The notes under the pieces are model-generated. The model was not told where the DNA came from and ran no database searches. It saw only the letters and a list, made by a program, of their open reading frames with translations. From positions 324,334 to 388,333 of the forward strand of contig CAWFKW010000006.1 in assembly GCA_963816535.1 (NCBI GenBank): a DNA stretch of 64,000 bases, in the 5' to 3' direction. The DNA is from an uncultured Ignavibacteria bacterium (GTDB taxonomy: Bacteria; Bacteroidota; Ignavibacteria; Tepidaquicellales; OLB5). Positions 54,581 through 63,325 of the stretch are shown here, piece after piece. Position numbers and translations under genes: made by a program. The first letter of the stretch is position 1, and the number at the start of each line of letters is the position of its first letter.

Positions 54581-56098
54581 ATGTCCAAAAAATCAATTAT
54601 TGCTGCGGGATTTGTAGTTTTGTTCGCGCTTGTTTTCGGGGCTTTGTTGATAGCCAACTTCAGCGGAGTTAGGGTTGTTTATTCCGATTCACAGATCGAG
54701 TTTAATACAACGCCTCCCCTGAAAGTGAGCCCGGAAGTCAAGAGCATGAACGATGCTTTTGTAGATATCTGCAAAGCAGTCACGCCTACCGTAGTCAGTA
54801 TCACAGTAAAAACAGACCGCAAGACTGAAAAAAATCCGCAGGATAACGACCAGTTCAAGTTCTTCTTCGGGCCGGATTTCCAGATGCCTGAACAGGGACC
54901 TGAAATAGGCAGCGGTTCAGGAGTTATTATTTCCAAAGACGGTTACATAGTAACCAATAACCACGTTGTTAAAGAAGCTGGCGAAGACGGTATCACTGTA
55001 ACGCTTCTTGATAAAAGAGAGTTCAAAGCTAAAGTGATCGGCACGGATGCCAACACAGATCTTGCGGTAATTAAAATAGAAGCAAATGACCTGCCGACAA
55101 TGTCATTCGGTAATTCAGATAATTGCCAGGTTGGCGAGTGGGTTCTTGCGATAGGCAACCCGCTGGGCTTAAATTACACTGTTACTGCCGGTATTGTAAG
55201 CGCAATGGGAAGAAATATTGGTATTAACGGCGGCGGCTACGGAATAGAGAGTTTTATACAAACCGATGCGGCTATAAACCCGGGGAACAGCGGCGGCGCG
55301 CTAGTTGATATTAACGGCCAGCTTGTCGGGATAAACTCTGCGATAAAATCAAATAACGGTTATTACGAAGGGTATGGATTTGCAATTCCGGTTAACCTCG
55401 TTAAGGGAGTTGTATCAGAGCTTATTAAAAACGGAAAAGTATCCCGCGGATACATTGGCGTGCAGATACAGCAGATAGACGAGACCATGGCAAAGGCTCT
55501 GGGCCTTGATAAAGCAAAAGGCGTTCTTGTTCAGTCGGTTCAAAAGGGCGGCGCGGGCGAAGATGCCGGGATAAAAGAAGGCGATGTAATTTTATCCGTT
55601 GACGGAAAAGAAGTCAATGCGCCGAACGAGCTCCAGGTTATAATTGGCAGCCACCATCCTGGCGAGTCGGTTAAGCTTGCTCTTTTCAGAGACGGAAAGA
55701 CGCTGGATAAAGATGTAACGCTGAAACCCAAAGCTGATGACAATCAGCAGACAGCTTTAAACAATCCTCATAACGATCAGGAAGGTACAAACGGCGAATC
55801 TTCGTCCGGTAAAGAAATAAAGCCTATGGGCGTTTCTGTAGCTTCGATCACAGGTTCAATGAAGGATAAGCTGAAGATCAGCGGCGGAGTAATGGTAACA
55901 GCCGTAGATAACTATTCCGATGCTTTTATGAGAGGGCTCAGAAAAGGCATGGTTATTGTTGAGGCCAATAAGAAGTCAGTAAGCAATGTTGAAGACCTTG
56001 CAGAATCAGTGAAGGGCAAAAACAAGGGCGATTCAGTGCTTCTTAAGGTAGTTGACCAAACCGGCCAGGAGCGTATTATGGCGGTTGAACTGCAATAA
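54581..56098 (+). CDS. htrA: Periplasmic serine endoprotease DegP/HtrA (trypsin domain plus 2 PDZ)
   Basis: Catalytic triad context TNNHVV / DLAVIKI / TDAAINPGNSGGALVD. Two PDZ-like regions follow. Confidence 0.9.
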   Translation: MSKKSIIAAGFVVLFALVFGALLIANFSGVRVVYSDSQIEFNTTPPLKVSPEVKSMNDAFVDICKAVTPTVVSITVKTDRKTEKNPQDNDQFKFFFGPDFQMPEQGPEIGSGSGVIISKDGYIVTNNHVVKEAGEDGITVTLLDKREFKAKVIGTDANTDLAVIKIEANDLPTMSFGNSDNCQVGEWVLAIGNPLGLNYTVTAGIVSAMGRNIGINGGGYGIESFIQTDAAINPGNSGGALVDINGQLVGINSAIKSNNGYYEGYGFAIPVNLVKGVVSELIKNGKVSRGYIGVQIQQIDETMAKALGLDKAKGVLVQSVQKGGAGEDAGIKEGDVILSVDGKEVNAPNELQVIIGSHHPGESVKLALFRDGKTLDKDVTLKPKADDNQQTALNNPHNDQEGTNGESSSGKEIKPMGVSVASITGSMKDKLKISGGVMVTAVDNYSDAFMRGLRKGMVIVEANKKSVSNVEDLAESVKGKNKGDSVLLKVVDQTGQERIMAVELQ

Positions 56099-56115
56099 AG
56101 TTGACATGCTTTAAA

Positions 56116-56150
56116 GGAAAACGGCTAATTTAGCCGTTTTCCTGCATTTT
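56116..56150 (+). terminator. Rho-independent terminator
   Basis: GGAAAACGGCTAA-t-TTAGCCGTTTTCC palindrome followed by tgcatttt. Confidence 0.7.
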
Positions 56151-56248
56151 ATACGGCTTTTTTCTCATATAACGCTTTCCGGTGAGAAATTTAAGCTTGA
56201 CATTAGTTGCAAAATTTGATAATTTTGTGAAACTTTATAGAAAGGTAA

Positions 56249-56620
56249 ATGTATAAAGTATTAGTCATAGCGATTTGTCTATTTTTTATCTTAGGTACGG
56301 CCTTACATGCCAGCGCCTTTAATAAAAAACAGCCGGTGGATTTCAGAGGCAATCCTGATAAGTTTACGCTTAATCAGAATTACCCAAATCCATTCAATCC
56401 CAGTACTGTACTTTCCTATACACTCAAGTCCGACGCTTCGGTAAAATTAACAATTTACAATCTCGTCGGGCAGTCCGTGCAGGTTTTAGTTGACAGTTAT
56501 CAATCAGCCGGAGACTATGAAATAGTCTTCGATGCCAATGATCTGCCTGCAGGGGTTTACCTCTATAAACTACAGGTCGGAGATTATTCCTCGGTAAAGA
56601 GGATGACTCTGGTTAAGTAG
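56249..56620 (+). CDS. Small protein consisting essentially of a signal peptide plus a T9SS C-terminal sorting domain
   Basis: 123 aa: signal peptide, a ~25-aa linker, then NQNYPNPFNPSTVLSY...GVYLYKLQVGDYSSVKRMTLVK. Confidence 0.7.
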   Translation: MYKVLVIAICLFFILGTALHASAFNKKQPVDFRGNPDKFTLNQNYPNPFNPSTVLSYTLKSDASVKLTIYNLVGQSVQVLVDSYQSAGDYEIVFDANDLPAGVYLYKLQVGDYSSVKRMTLVK

Positions 56621-56660
56621 TTCTTTCTTTTTATTTAAATCAATAAGGGGTAACAACTAA

Positions 56661-57575
56661 ATGATGAAAGTCATTACGCGATTTGTGTTTACATTTTTTG
56701 CCGTCATATTTTCGTTTTCAACCGCTCTTTCACAATCCACCAACGTTATAGATAGTTTCGGCGATCATAAGCTCCCGGGCTGGTACTGGGGCGGAAGCAT
56801 TGCTATGAAATATTCACATTCCGAAGATAATGCAGAAAACGGTTACGGCATAATCTCATCGGCAGGGCAGCAAACGCCGCTTTCTTATGTCGGCTTGATC
56901 AGGAAAGAAGCAAAGATCCAGGTTACGGAAGATAACATTCTTTCAGTGATGCTTCAGGGCGTCGGCAACGACCTCTCAGCTACCGTTTCGATATTATTCG
57001 ACAGGAATAACGACGGGAAGTATGACGAAGATAAAGATACAAGGCTTGAAGCCAAACCGATATCTCTCAATTTTTCAGGATGGAAAGAGTTCCATATTAA
57101 CATCAACGAAAACGAAATGAAGGTTATCTCGAAGAACAAGAGCGAAGATTTCTCTGTTCTCGAAGATGACGCAATGGGGATCCAGATATCATACCAGACC
57201 GGCAAGGATTACAAACCGGCTGCATTTGAAACAGGCATAGCTTTAATATCTGAAAGGCCGAACAAAGAAGTTAAGCAGGAAACCGCTGGCAACAATGACC
57301 CGGTTCAGGGCGAATCATATTTCGGACTGAAGAATTATCCGAACCCGTTCAATCCTGAGACAAACATTACATATACTCTGAAAACCGCAAGCAGCGTGAA
57401 GATCACCGTCTATGATAAATTAGGCAGGGAAGTCGCGGTGCTGGTTGACGGCTCGCAGTCAGAAGGCGACCATACGGTTGTTTTCAACGCTTCGAACCTC
57501 CCAAGCGGAGTTTACTTCTACAGGGTAAAAACCGCCGACAGAACCGAAGTAAAGAAAATGGTATTGGCGAAGTAA
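56661..57575 (+). CDS. Secreted protein of unknown function with T9SS C-terminal sorting domain
   Basis: Signal peptide, a ~200-aa N-terminal domain, and C-terminus NYPNPFNPETNITY...GVYFYRVKTADRTEVKKMVLAK. Confidence 0.7.
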   Translation: MMKVITRFVFTFFAVIFSFSTALSQSTNVIDSFGDHKLPGWYWGGSIAMKYSHSEDNAENGYGIISSAGQQTPLSYVGLIRKEAKIQVTEDNILSVMLQGVGNDLSATVSILFDRNNDGKYDEDKDTRLEAKPISLNFSGWKEFHININENEMKVISKNKSEDFSVLEDDAMGIQISYQTGKDYKPAAFETGIALISERPNKEVKQETAGNNDPVQGESYFGLKNYPNPFNPETNITYTLKTASSVKITVYDKLGREVAVLVDGSQSEGDHTVVFNASNLPSGVYFYRVKTADRTEVKKMVLAK

Positions 57576-57598
57576 TATTTAATTAAGTTTTTCTAAGG

Positions 57599-57635
57599 GC
57601 CCCGCATCTGATGAAGATGCGGGGCTTTTGTTTTT
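57599..57635 (+). terminator. Rho-independent terminator
   Basis: GCCCCGCATC-tgatgaa-GATGCGGGGC followed by TTTTGTTTTT. Confidence 0.85.
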
Positions 57636-57640
57636 ATGTT

Positions 57641-57700
57641 ACCCCTCCCTGCGCACTAAAGTGCGCTTTCCCTCCCCTTCGGGGAGGGTTAGGGTGGGGT
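57641..57700. repeat. GC-rich double-hairpin repeat
   Basis: GCGCACTaaAGTGCGC and CCCTCCCCttcgGGGGAGGG, enclosed by ACCCCTCCC/GGGTGGGGT. A related copy lies at 59172-59220. Confidence 0.8.
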
Positions 57701-57764
57701 TCCGTTCATTTCCTTTTTTCTTAACGCTCCAAAAATTATTTTACACTAACCAAATTACTCATTT

Positions 57765-58562
57765 ATGAAATTACCTATAAATATAGTCGACGCTTTCACA
57801 GATGTAGCTTTCAAAGGGAACCCCGCCGCAGTATGCATACTCGAAGAGAGAATTCATGACAGCCTGCAGCAGTCAATAGCGTTCGAAATGAATCTTGCCG
57901 AAACGGCGTTTCTTTACAGGGAAGATGACGGCAGCTATCATTTAAGATGGTTTACTCCCGAAGCCGAGGTTGACCTGTGCGGACACGCAACCTTAGCCAG
58001 TACGCATATTCTATTTGAACATGGCATTTGCGGGCCGGATGAAACAATACGTTTCAACACTCGCAGCGGCGAGCTTAGAACCAAACGCGTTAACGGCTCT
58101 ATAGAAATGGACTTCCCCGCGATACCGCAAAAGAAAATAGATTATCCCAAAGAGCTTGAAACGGCGCTGGGCGTAAAACCCGCTTATGTAGGCATGACCA
58201 AATGGAACTACCTTGTTGAGGTTGAAAACGAAGATGTATTGCGGGCTATCAAACCTGATTTTAAAGCGTTAATGGAGCTTCCCGGCTGGGGAACAATTGT
58301 AACTACGCGTGCAAGCTCTATGCCGGGATATGATTTTGTCTCGCGATTCTTCGCACCGGAAAAAGGAGTGATGGAAGATCCCGTTACAGGCTCGGCGCAT
58401 TGCGCGCTAGGACCGTACTGGATGGAGAAACTCGGTAAAAATGAATTCACCGCATACCAGGCGTCAGAGCGCGGCGGCACGGTTGGAGTGAAAGTCGTAG
58501 GCGACAGAGTTTTTCTCACAGGCAAAGCCGTTACGGTACTAAATGGAACGATAGAAGTTTGA
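57765..58562 (+). CDS. PhzF-family isomerase
   Basis: VDAFTDVAFKGNPAAVC..LAETAF..RWFTPEAEVDLCGHATLAS..DPVTGSAHCALGPYW. Confidence 0.85.
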   Translation: MKLPINIVDAFTDVAFKGNPAAVCILEERIHDSLQQSIAFEMNLAETAFLYREDDGSYHLRWFTPEAEVDLCGHATLASTHILFEHGICGPDETIRFNTRSGELRTKRVNGSIEMDFPAIPQKKIDYPKELETALGVKPAYVGMTKWNYLVEVENEDVLRAIKPDFKALMELPGWGTIVTTRASSMPGYDFVSRFFAPEKGVMEDPVTGSAHCALGPYWMEKLGKNEFTAYQASERGGTVGVKVVGDRVFLTGKAVTVLNGTIEV

Positions 58563-58590
58563 TTAATTATAATACTATTGATAATGTTTC

Positions 58591-58621
58591 TGTAGGGGCG
58601 TTCGAAAGAACGCCCCTACAG
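58591..58621. repeat. REP-like hairpin
   Basis: tgtaGGGGCGTTCgaaaGAACGCCCCtaca. Confidence 0.8.
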
Positions 58622-58671
58622 GATTTTCGAAAAGAGAATATTATTCTAAAATCTCTCCCGGTAAAGGAGTT

Positions 58672-58855
58672 CTGGGAACTGTAATAAGATCATTTAAATC
58701 TTCATTTACACTTTGGTGCAGGTGAAATGGCTATAAAGATTTTAAATGGCAGAGAAATTTCTTTGAACGCATCATTAGAAACGAAAGTGAACTGGATAAA
58801 TCAGGCAATATATTTGCGATAATCCCGCAAAATGAGAACTGGAAGATGAAATAAA
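58672..58855 (+). pseudogene. Decayed C-terminal remnant of a RAYT/IS200-like (REP-associated tyrosine) transposase
   Basis: One frame reads GTVIRSFKSSFTLWCR*NGYKDFKWQRNFFERIIRNESELDK. A second frame then reads IRQYICDNPAK*ELEDE (TGA where W is expected). The pattern matches the WQRNFY(E/D)HIIRNE..L..IR.YI..NP..W tail of RAYTs as I remember it. Confidence 0.45.
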
Positions 58856-58886
58856 ACCGGACAATGATTTTTTCCTGAATATTTTC

Positions 58887-58917
58887 TTGACACTCTCGGA
58901 ATTTATACTTAATTTTG
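58887..58917 (+). promoter_or_regulatory. Candidate promoter
   Basis: TTGACA, a 17-nt spacer, then TAATTTTG. The second element fits both a weak -10 and the Bacteroidota-type TAnnTTTG -7 element. Confidence 0.35.
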
Positions 58918-58979
58918 TATAAGCTAAATTACAGACAATTTATAATTTAATCGGAGGAGATGAAGCTCTCTAAAGTATA

Positions 58980-59096
58980 ATGAAAATCAGAATCATAAAT
59001 ATCGCATGCATTAAGTACGATGCATCAGTCGTATTTGATACACCTCTCATGGGGGGAGCGCCGTGGTTTAGCCGAAAACAGGAGAATACAGAATAG
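58980..59096 (+). CDS. Possible 38-aa small ORF inside an orphan promoter-terminator unit (weak call)
   Basis: MKIRIINIACIKYDASVVFDTPLMGGAPWFSRKQENTE. It lies between the candidate promoter and a strong terminator. No conservation evidence is available. Confidence 0.2.
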   Translation: MKIRIINIACIKYDASVVFDTPLMGGAPWFSRKQENTE

Positions 59097-59124
59097 GGTC
59101 ACAATCTCATAAAAGTTTAAGCAA

Positions 59125-59162
59125 ACCGCGGACAAGTTAAAAAGTCTGCGGTTTTTTTTTGG
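59125..59162 (+). terminator. Rho-independent terminator
   Basis: ACCGCGGAC-(10 nt)-GTCTGCGGT followed by a run of nine or more T. Confidence 0.8.
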
Positions 59163-59171
59163 AGTAAAAAG

Positions 59172-59220
59172 AACCCCTCCCGCGCACCATAGGTGCGCTT
59201 ACCTCCCCGAAGGGGAGGGT
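59172..59220. repeat. GC-rich double-hairpin repeat
   Basis: GCGCACCataGGTGCGC and CCTCCCCgaaGGGGAGG. Confidence 0.8.
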
Positions 59221-59377
59221 AAAAGAAAAGCTAGGCTTTGGGTTTATCAAAATGAATCAAAAACCTATCCTTCCCTCCTTAAGGGGGATCAAGGGGTTAA
59301 GTCAGCGAACAAGTAAATTTAAAATAGAGATTGCCGCGCCGCCTTCGGCGGACTCGCAATTAACCATAAAAGTTTAA

Positions 59378-59408
59378 CCCTCCCCCCTTCGGGGGGATCG
59401 AGGGGGGT
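59378..59408. repeat. GC-rich hairpin abutting the ABC gene start
   Basis: TCCCCCCttcgGGGGGGA followed by tcGAGGGGGG, ending 4 nt before the ATG at 59413. Confidence 0.75.
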
Positions 59409-59412
59409 CAAA

Positions 59413-61308
59413 ATGAAAAATCTAAGAAAACTATTCGAAATATTAGATAAGTGGAAGTACCGCTACCTGCTGGCGGGCTTGCTGCTGGTTATTACAATCG
59501 CTTTTCGCTCGCTTGAGCCTAAAGTGCTGCAAATTGCCGTGGATAAAGTGGTTGTGTATTTTGCAAGCTCAGGCGCTAAAATAGTTGAGCCGGGCGATGG
59601 CGTAACGGCGTTCCTGTATTCGTTCCTGCCGGAACTTAAGATGGGAAACCTGCACATGATCCTGCTGGGACTCGGGCTTATGTACATGACGCTTGCGCTT
59701 GCCAGGGGCGGTTTCAGCTTCTTATCAGGAGTTATTTCAGCTTCTTCAACTGAAAAAGCCATAAAGCGCCTGCGCGATAAGCTGTTCAAACACCTGCAGC
59801 GGCTGCCAATGGCGTACCACAGCAGGAACACAACAGGCGAGCTCATCCAGCGGTGCACCGGCGATGTTGAAACTGTGGCAAAGTTTGCAAACATGCAGGT
59901 GGTTGAAGCTCTCAGAATGTCGGCGATATTTTGTTTCGCTTTCGGGATGATGGCTATGATAGATATTTCGTATGCGTTAATTGCGATATCCATAATTCCT
60001 GTTATACTGGTCGGTTCATTCTTCTTCTTCCGGAAAGAAGGCGAAGTCTGGGCCCAGCATGAGAAGGAACAGGATAAGCTTACCGCGATGGTTCAGGAAA
60101 ATCTTTCCGGTATCCGCGTGGTCAAAGCGTTTGCAAAGGAAAGATATGAGATAGAAAAATTCACGAAACAGAATCTCGAAAAAAGGAGATGGGGAATCAA
60201 ATTGATGAGGCTGCACTCCATGTACTGGCCGTCGTCTGATTTCTTCTCGCACCTGCAGATCGCCGTTTCGCTTTTTGCAGGCGGGTACTTTGCGCTTAAA
60301 AACAGGATATCTATAGGCGAGTACGTTGCGTTTTATTCGTATGCAGTCACGGTTACATGGCCGATGCGCAGGCTTGCACAGCTTGTTAGCGAAATGGGTA
60401 TGACATCGGTCGCAATAAAACGAATATATGAGATTCTCAACTCGCCTGTTGAGGATAACTCAGGTTTTGACGATGATTCGGTGGAGCTTAACGGCGAAAT
60501 AGAATTTGAGAACGTGAGCTTCAATTATAATGAGGGCGAAAAGCACAGGGTGCTGGATGGAGTCAGCTTCAAAGTTCTGCCGGGCGAAAAAATTGCGCTT
60601 CTTGGGCCGACCGGCGCGGGTAAATCGACTATAATCTCGCTGCTTATGCGGTTCTATGAGCCTGATAAAGGAACCATAAGGATCGATGGCAGGGATATCC
60701 GGGAATATTCTCCGGCATACCTCAGGAAAAAGATAGGCGTGGTGCTGCAGAGGCCGTTTTTGTTCTCCACTACCATCAAAGAGAACATTGCGTACGCCGA
60801 ACCGGAAACTGAGCTTGAGGATATTGTTGAATCGGCTAAGATAGCCAGCATCCACAGGATAATCGAAGACGTGTTCCCGAAGTCATATGATACTATTATC
60901 GGGGAAAAAGGCGTAACGCTATCAGGCGGACAAAAACAGAGGGTCACTATTGCAAGAACTCTGCTTAAAGAACCTGACGTGCTTGTGCTTGACGACTCAA
61001 CTTCATCGGTAGATACCGAAACCGAATTTGAGATACAGAAAGCTTTGCGCCCTGTCACGAAACATAAAACAACTTTTGTGATAGCGCACAGGATAACCTC
61101 GGTGCAGGATTCGGACAGAATAATAGTTCTCGAAAAAGGAAAAGTCATCGAAATGGGCTCGCACAATGAGCTAATTAAGAATAACGGATTCTATAAGAGA
61201 ATATTCGATATCCAGGTATCTATAGAAGATGAGATCAGCAGGGATATTGACGGAGCAGCGAATCCAAAGAGACAAAGAACAACAAATAAAACAAATGTAA
61301 TTGGTTAA
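59413..61308 (+). CDS. ABC exporter, fused permease/ATPase (MdlA/MsbA-like half transporter)
   Basis: Six-TM N-terminal domain. Walker A GPTGAGKST, signature LSGGQKQR, Walker B VLVLDDSTS. Confidence 0.9.
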   Translation: MKNLRKLFEILDKWKYRYLLAGLLLVITIAFRSLEPKVLQIAVDKVVVYFASSGAKIVEPGDGVTAFLYSFLPELKMGNLHMILLGLGLMYMTLALARGGFSFLSGVISASSTEKAIKRLRDKLFKHLQRLPMAYHSRNTTGELIQRCTGDVETVAKFANMQVVEALRMSAIFCFAFGMMAMIDISYALIAISIIPVILVGSFFFFRKEGEVWAQHEKEQDKLTAMVQENLSGIRVVKAFAKERYEIEKFTKQNLEKRRWGIKLMRLHSMYWPSSDFFSHLQIAVSLFAGGYFALKNRISIGEYVAFYSYAVTVTWPMRRLAQLVSEMGMTSVAIKRIYEILNSPVEDNSGFDDDSVELNGEIEFENVSFNYNEGEKHRVLDGVSFKVLPGEKIALLGPTGAGKSTIISLLMRFYEPDKGTIRIDGRDIREYSPAYLRKKIGVVLQRPFLFSTTIKENIAYAEPETELEDIVESAKIASIHRIIEDVFPKSYDTIIGEKGVTLSGGQKQRVTIARTLLKEPDVLVLDDSTSSVDTETEFEIQKALRPVTKHKTTFVIAHRITSVQDSDRIIVLEKGKVIEMGSHNELIKNNGFYKRIFDIQVSIEDEISRDIDGAANPKRQRTTNKTNVIG

Positions 61309-61314
61309 TTCTTT

Positions 61315-61355
61315 CCTCCCCCTCTCCAAATGGAGAGGGGGATGGGGGGTGAGGT
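61315..61355. repeat. GC-rich hairpin filling the gap between the two ABC genes
   Basis: CCCCCTCTCCAaaTGGAGAGGGGG followed by atGGGGGGTGAGGTaaaATG. Confidence 0.8.
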
Positions 61356-61358
61356 AAA

Positions 61359-63185
61359 ATGAGCAGATTAAAAGATAAACAATTTCGTACAAAAGGAGCA
61401 TTATGGCCGTTTCTGAAACGGCTGCTCGGCTACAGCTTCCGTTATCCTAAGTGGGTCGCGGGATTTGCCGTGTGCGTGCTTATGGTTGCATTGATGGAAG
61501 CGCTAATGCCGCTTGTGTGGCGCGCATTGCTTGATTCAGCGGTTATTCCGGCGGTGGATAAATATAAGCAAACAGGAATAATACAGTTTGACCTTGGCGG
61601 CGTTTGGAAATACTCTCTCCTGTTTTCAGGAATGGGCGCTGTGATAGCGGCTTCGGTTTTTGGCTTCATAAACTTTGCCGGCAGGATACAGGAATTTGCA
61701 ATGTATGATATCAGGGAAGGCCTGTTCATCAAATTGCAGGGATTATCGTTTTCATTTTATGATAAATCTGCGGTAGGCTGGCTGCTTTCCAGGATTTCGT
61801 CCGATACCAACAAAGTCACCGAGCTGATTTCATGGAACATGATAGAAGCTATCTGGGGGAGCGGTATGATATTGTTCTGCATAGTCGGTATGCTGTTTAT
61901 CAACTGGAAGCTGGCCCTGATAGTATCCTCTATACTTCCCGTTCTGATTGTTGTTTCTATCAAGATCAGGATGCTGATACTTAAGTACTCGCGCGAAGCA
62001 AGGAAGTATAACAGCGAAATGACGGCAAGATACAACGAGCACATTAACGGCGTCGAGGTTAACAAAAGCCTTGTGCAGGAAGACAGGGTTAGCGAGGAAT
62101 TCGAAAGCCTTAGCGAGAAGATGCGCGGCTCGTCGTACAAAGCTGCATTCTACCAGGCGGTGTTCACGCCGGTTGTAATTTTCGGCGGCTCTTTTGCCGC
62201 GGGCGTTGTGATCTACTACGGTGGAAACATGGCGGTATTTCTGCCTCCCGAAATTTCTGTCGGCACGCTTGCAGCGTTCTTCGGTTACGCTGCCGTTATA
62301 TGGGAGCCGATATTTGATATCTCCCGCTTCTACATGCAGGCGCAGGGAAGCATCTCTGCGGGCGAAAGAATATTTTCGCTGCTGGATACGAATCCTGCGA
62401 TAACAGATAAAGAAGGCGCGGGCGGGTTCAGCAAGATAAACGGGGATATTGAATTCGAAAATGTTTCCTTCTGGTACGAAGAAGGAAAATCGGTTCTGGG
62501 AAATCTGAACCTGAAAATAGAAGCAGGCGAATCGGTTGCGCTTGTCGGAGAAACCGGCGGCGGTAAATCTACTATAGTCAGCCTCATATGCAGGTTTTAT
62601 GAGCCGACAAGAGGCAGGCTCATGATTGACGGAGTTGATTATAAAGACATGAAAATTGAGAGCTTAAGAAGCCAGTTCGGAGTTGTGCTTCAGACTCCTC
62701 ACCTGTTTTCAGGCACAGTCCGTGAAAACATAAAATACGGCAGGGACCGGGCAAGTGACGAAGAAGTTATTGAAACACTGAAACAGGTTGGCGCGGAAGA
62801 CTTTGCCTTCAGGCTTGATGAGCAGGTAGGTGAAGGCGGCGAAAATCTTTCTATGGGCGAGAAACAGCTGATTTCGTTCGCGCGCGCTGTGCTGGCTGAC
62901 CCCAGGATATTCATAATGGATGAAGCTACATCATCTGTTGATACTCTAACCGAGGAAAAGATCCAGAACGGTATTTACAGCATGATGCAGGGCAGGACTT
63001 CAATAATTATCGCGCACAGGCTATCGACCATAAGACATTGCGACAGGATACTGGTTATAAACAAAGGAATGATTTTGGAAGACGGAAGCCATCACGACCT
63101 GATGAGGAAACGCGGATACTATTACAGCCTGTATACGCGGCAGCTAAGAGAGCAAAGAGAAAAAGAAGTTCTCAATGCAGAATAA
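61359..63185 (+). CDS. ABC exporter, fused permease/ATPase (MdlB-like partner half transporter)
   Basis: TM domain. Walker A GETGGGKST, signature LSMGEKQL, Walker B IFIMDEATS. Confidence 0.9.
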   Translation: MSRLKDKQFRTKGALWPFLKRLLGYSFRYPKWVAGFAVCVLMVALMEALMPLVWRALLDSAVIPAVDKYKQTGIIQFDLGGVWKYSLLFSGMGAVIAASVFGFINFAGRIQEFAMYDIREGLFIKLQGLSFSFYDKSAVGWLLSRISSDTNKVTELISWNMIEAIWGSGMILFCIVGMLFINWKLALIVSSILPVLIVVSIKIRMLILKYSREARKYNSEMTARYNEHINGVEVNKSLVQEDRVSEEFESLSEKMRGSSYKAAFYQAVFTPVVIFGGSFAAGVVIYYGGNMAVFLPPEISVGTLAAFFGYAAVIWEPIFDISRFYMQAQGSISAGERIFSLLDTNPAITDKEGAGGFSKINGDIEFENVSFWYEEGKSVLGNLNLKIEAGESVALVGETGGGKSTIVSLICRFYEPTRGRLMIDGVDYKDMKIESLRSQFGVVLQTPHLFSGTVRENIKYGRDRASDEEVIETLKQVGAEDFAFRLDEQVGEGGENLSMGEKQLISFARAVLADPRIFIMDEATSSVDTLTEEKIQNGIYSMMQGRTSIIIAHRLSTIRHCDRILVINKGMILEDGSHHDLMRKRGYYYSLYTRQLREQREKEVLNAE

Positions 63186-63325
63186 TAAATTAATAATGAA
63201 TCCTAACTCTCGTCTCCTCCAAAATGGGGAGATACAGAGAGGTGCAGAATAAGTCCGGGCCCTTGCCTGCATTTGAAGGGCTGCTCGGACTCGAAGTCCG
63301 CCACTGTCGGGTTTCGAGTGACAGT

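Noticed and set aside
58980-59096. Double-glycine leader bacteriocin precursor (..PLMGG|APWF..) exported by the adjacent ABC transporters
   Set aside because: Neither ABC protein has an N-terminal C39 peptidase domain; both begin directly with the TM domain. The leader also lacks the usual LSxxELxxIxGG pattern.
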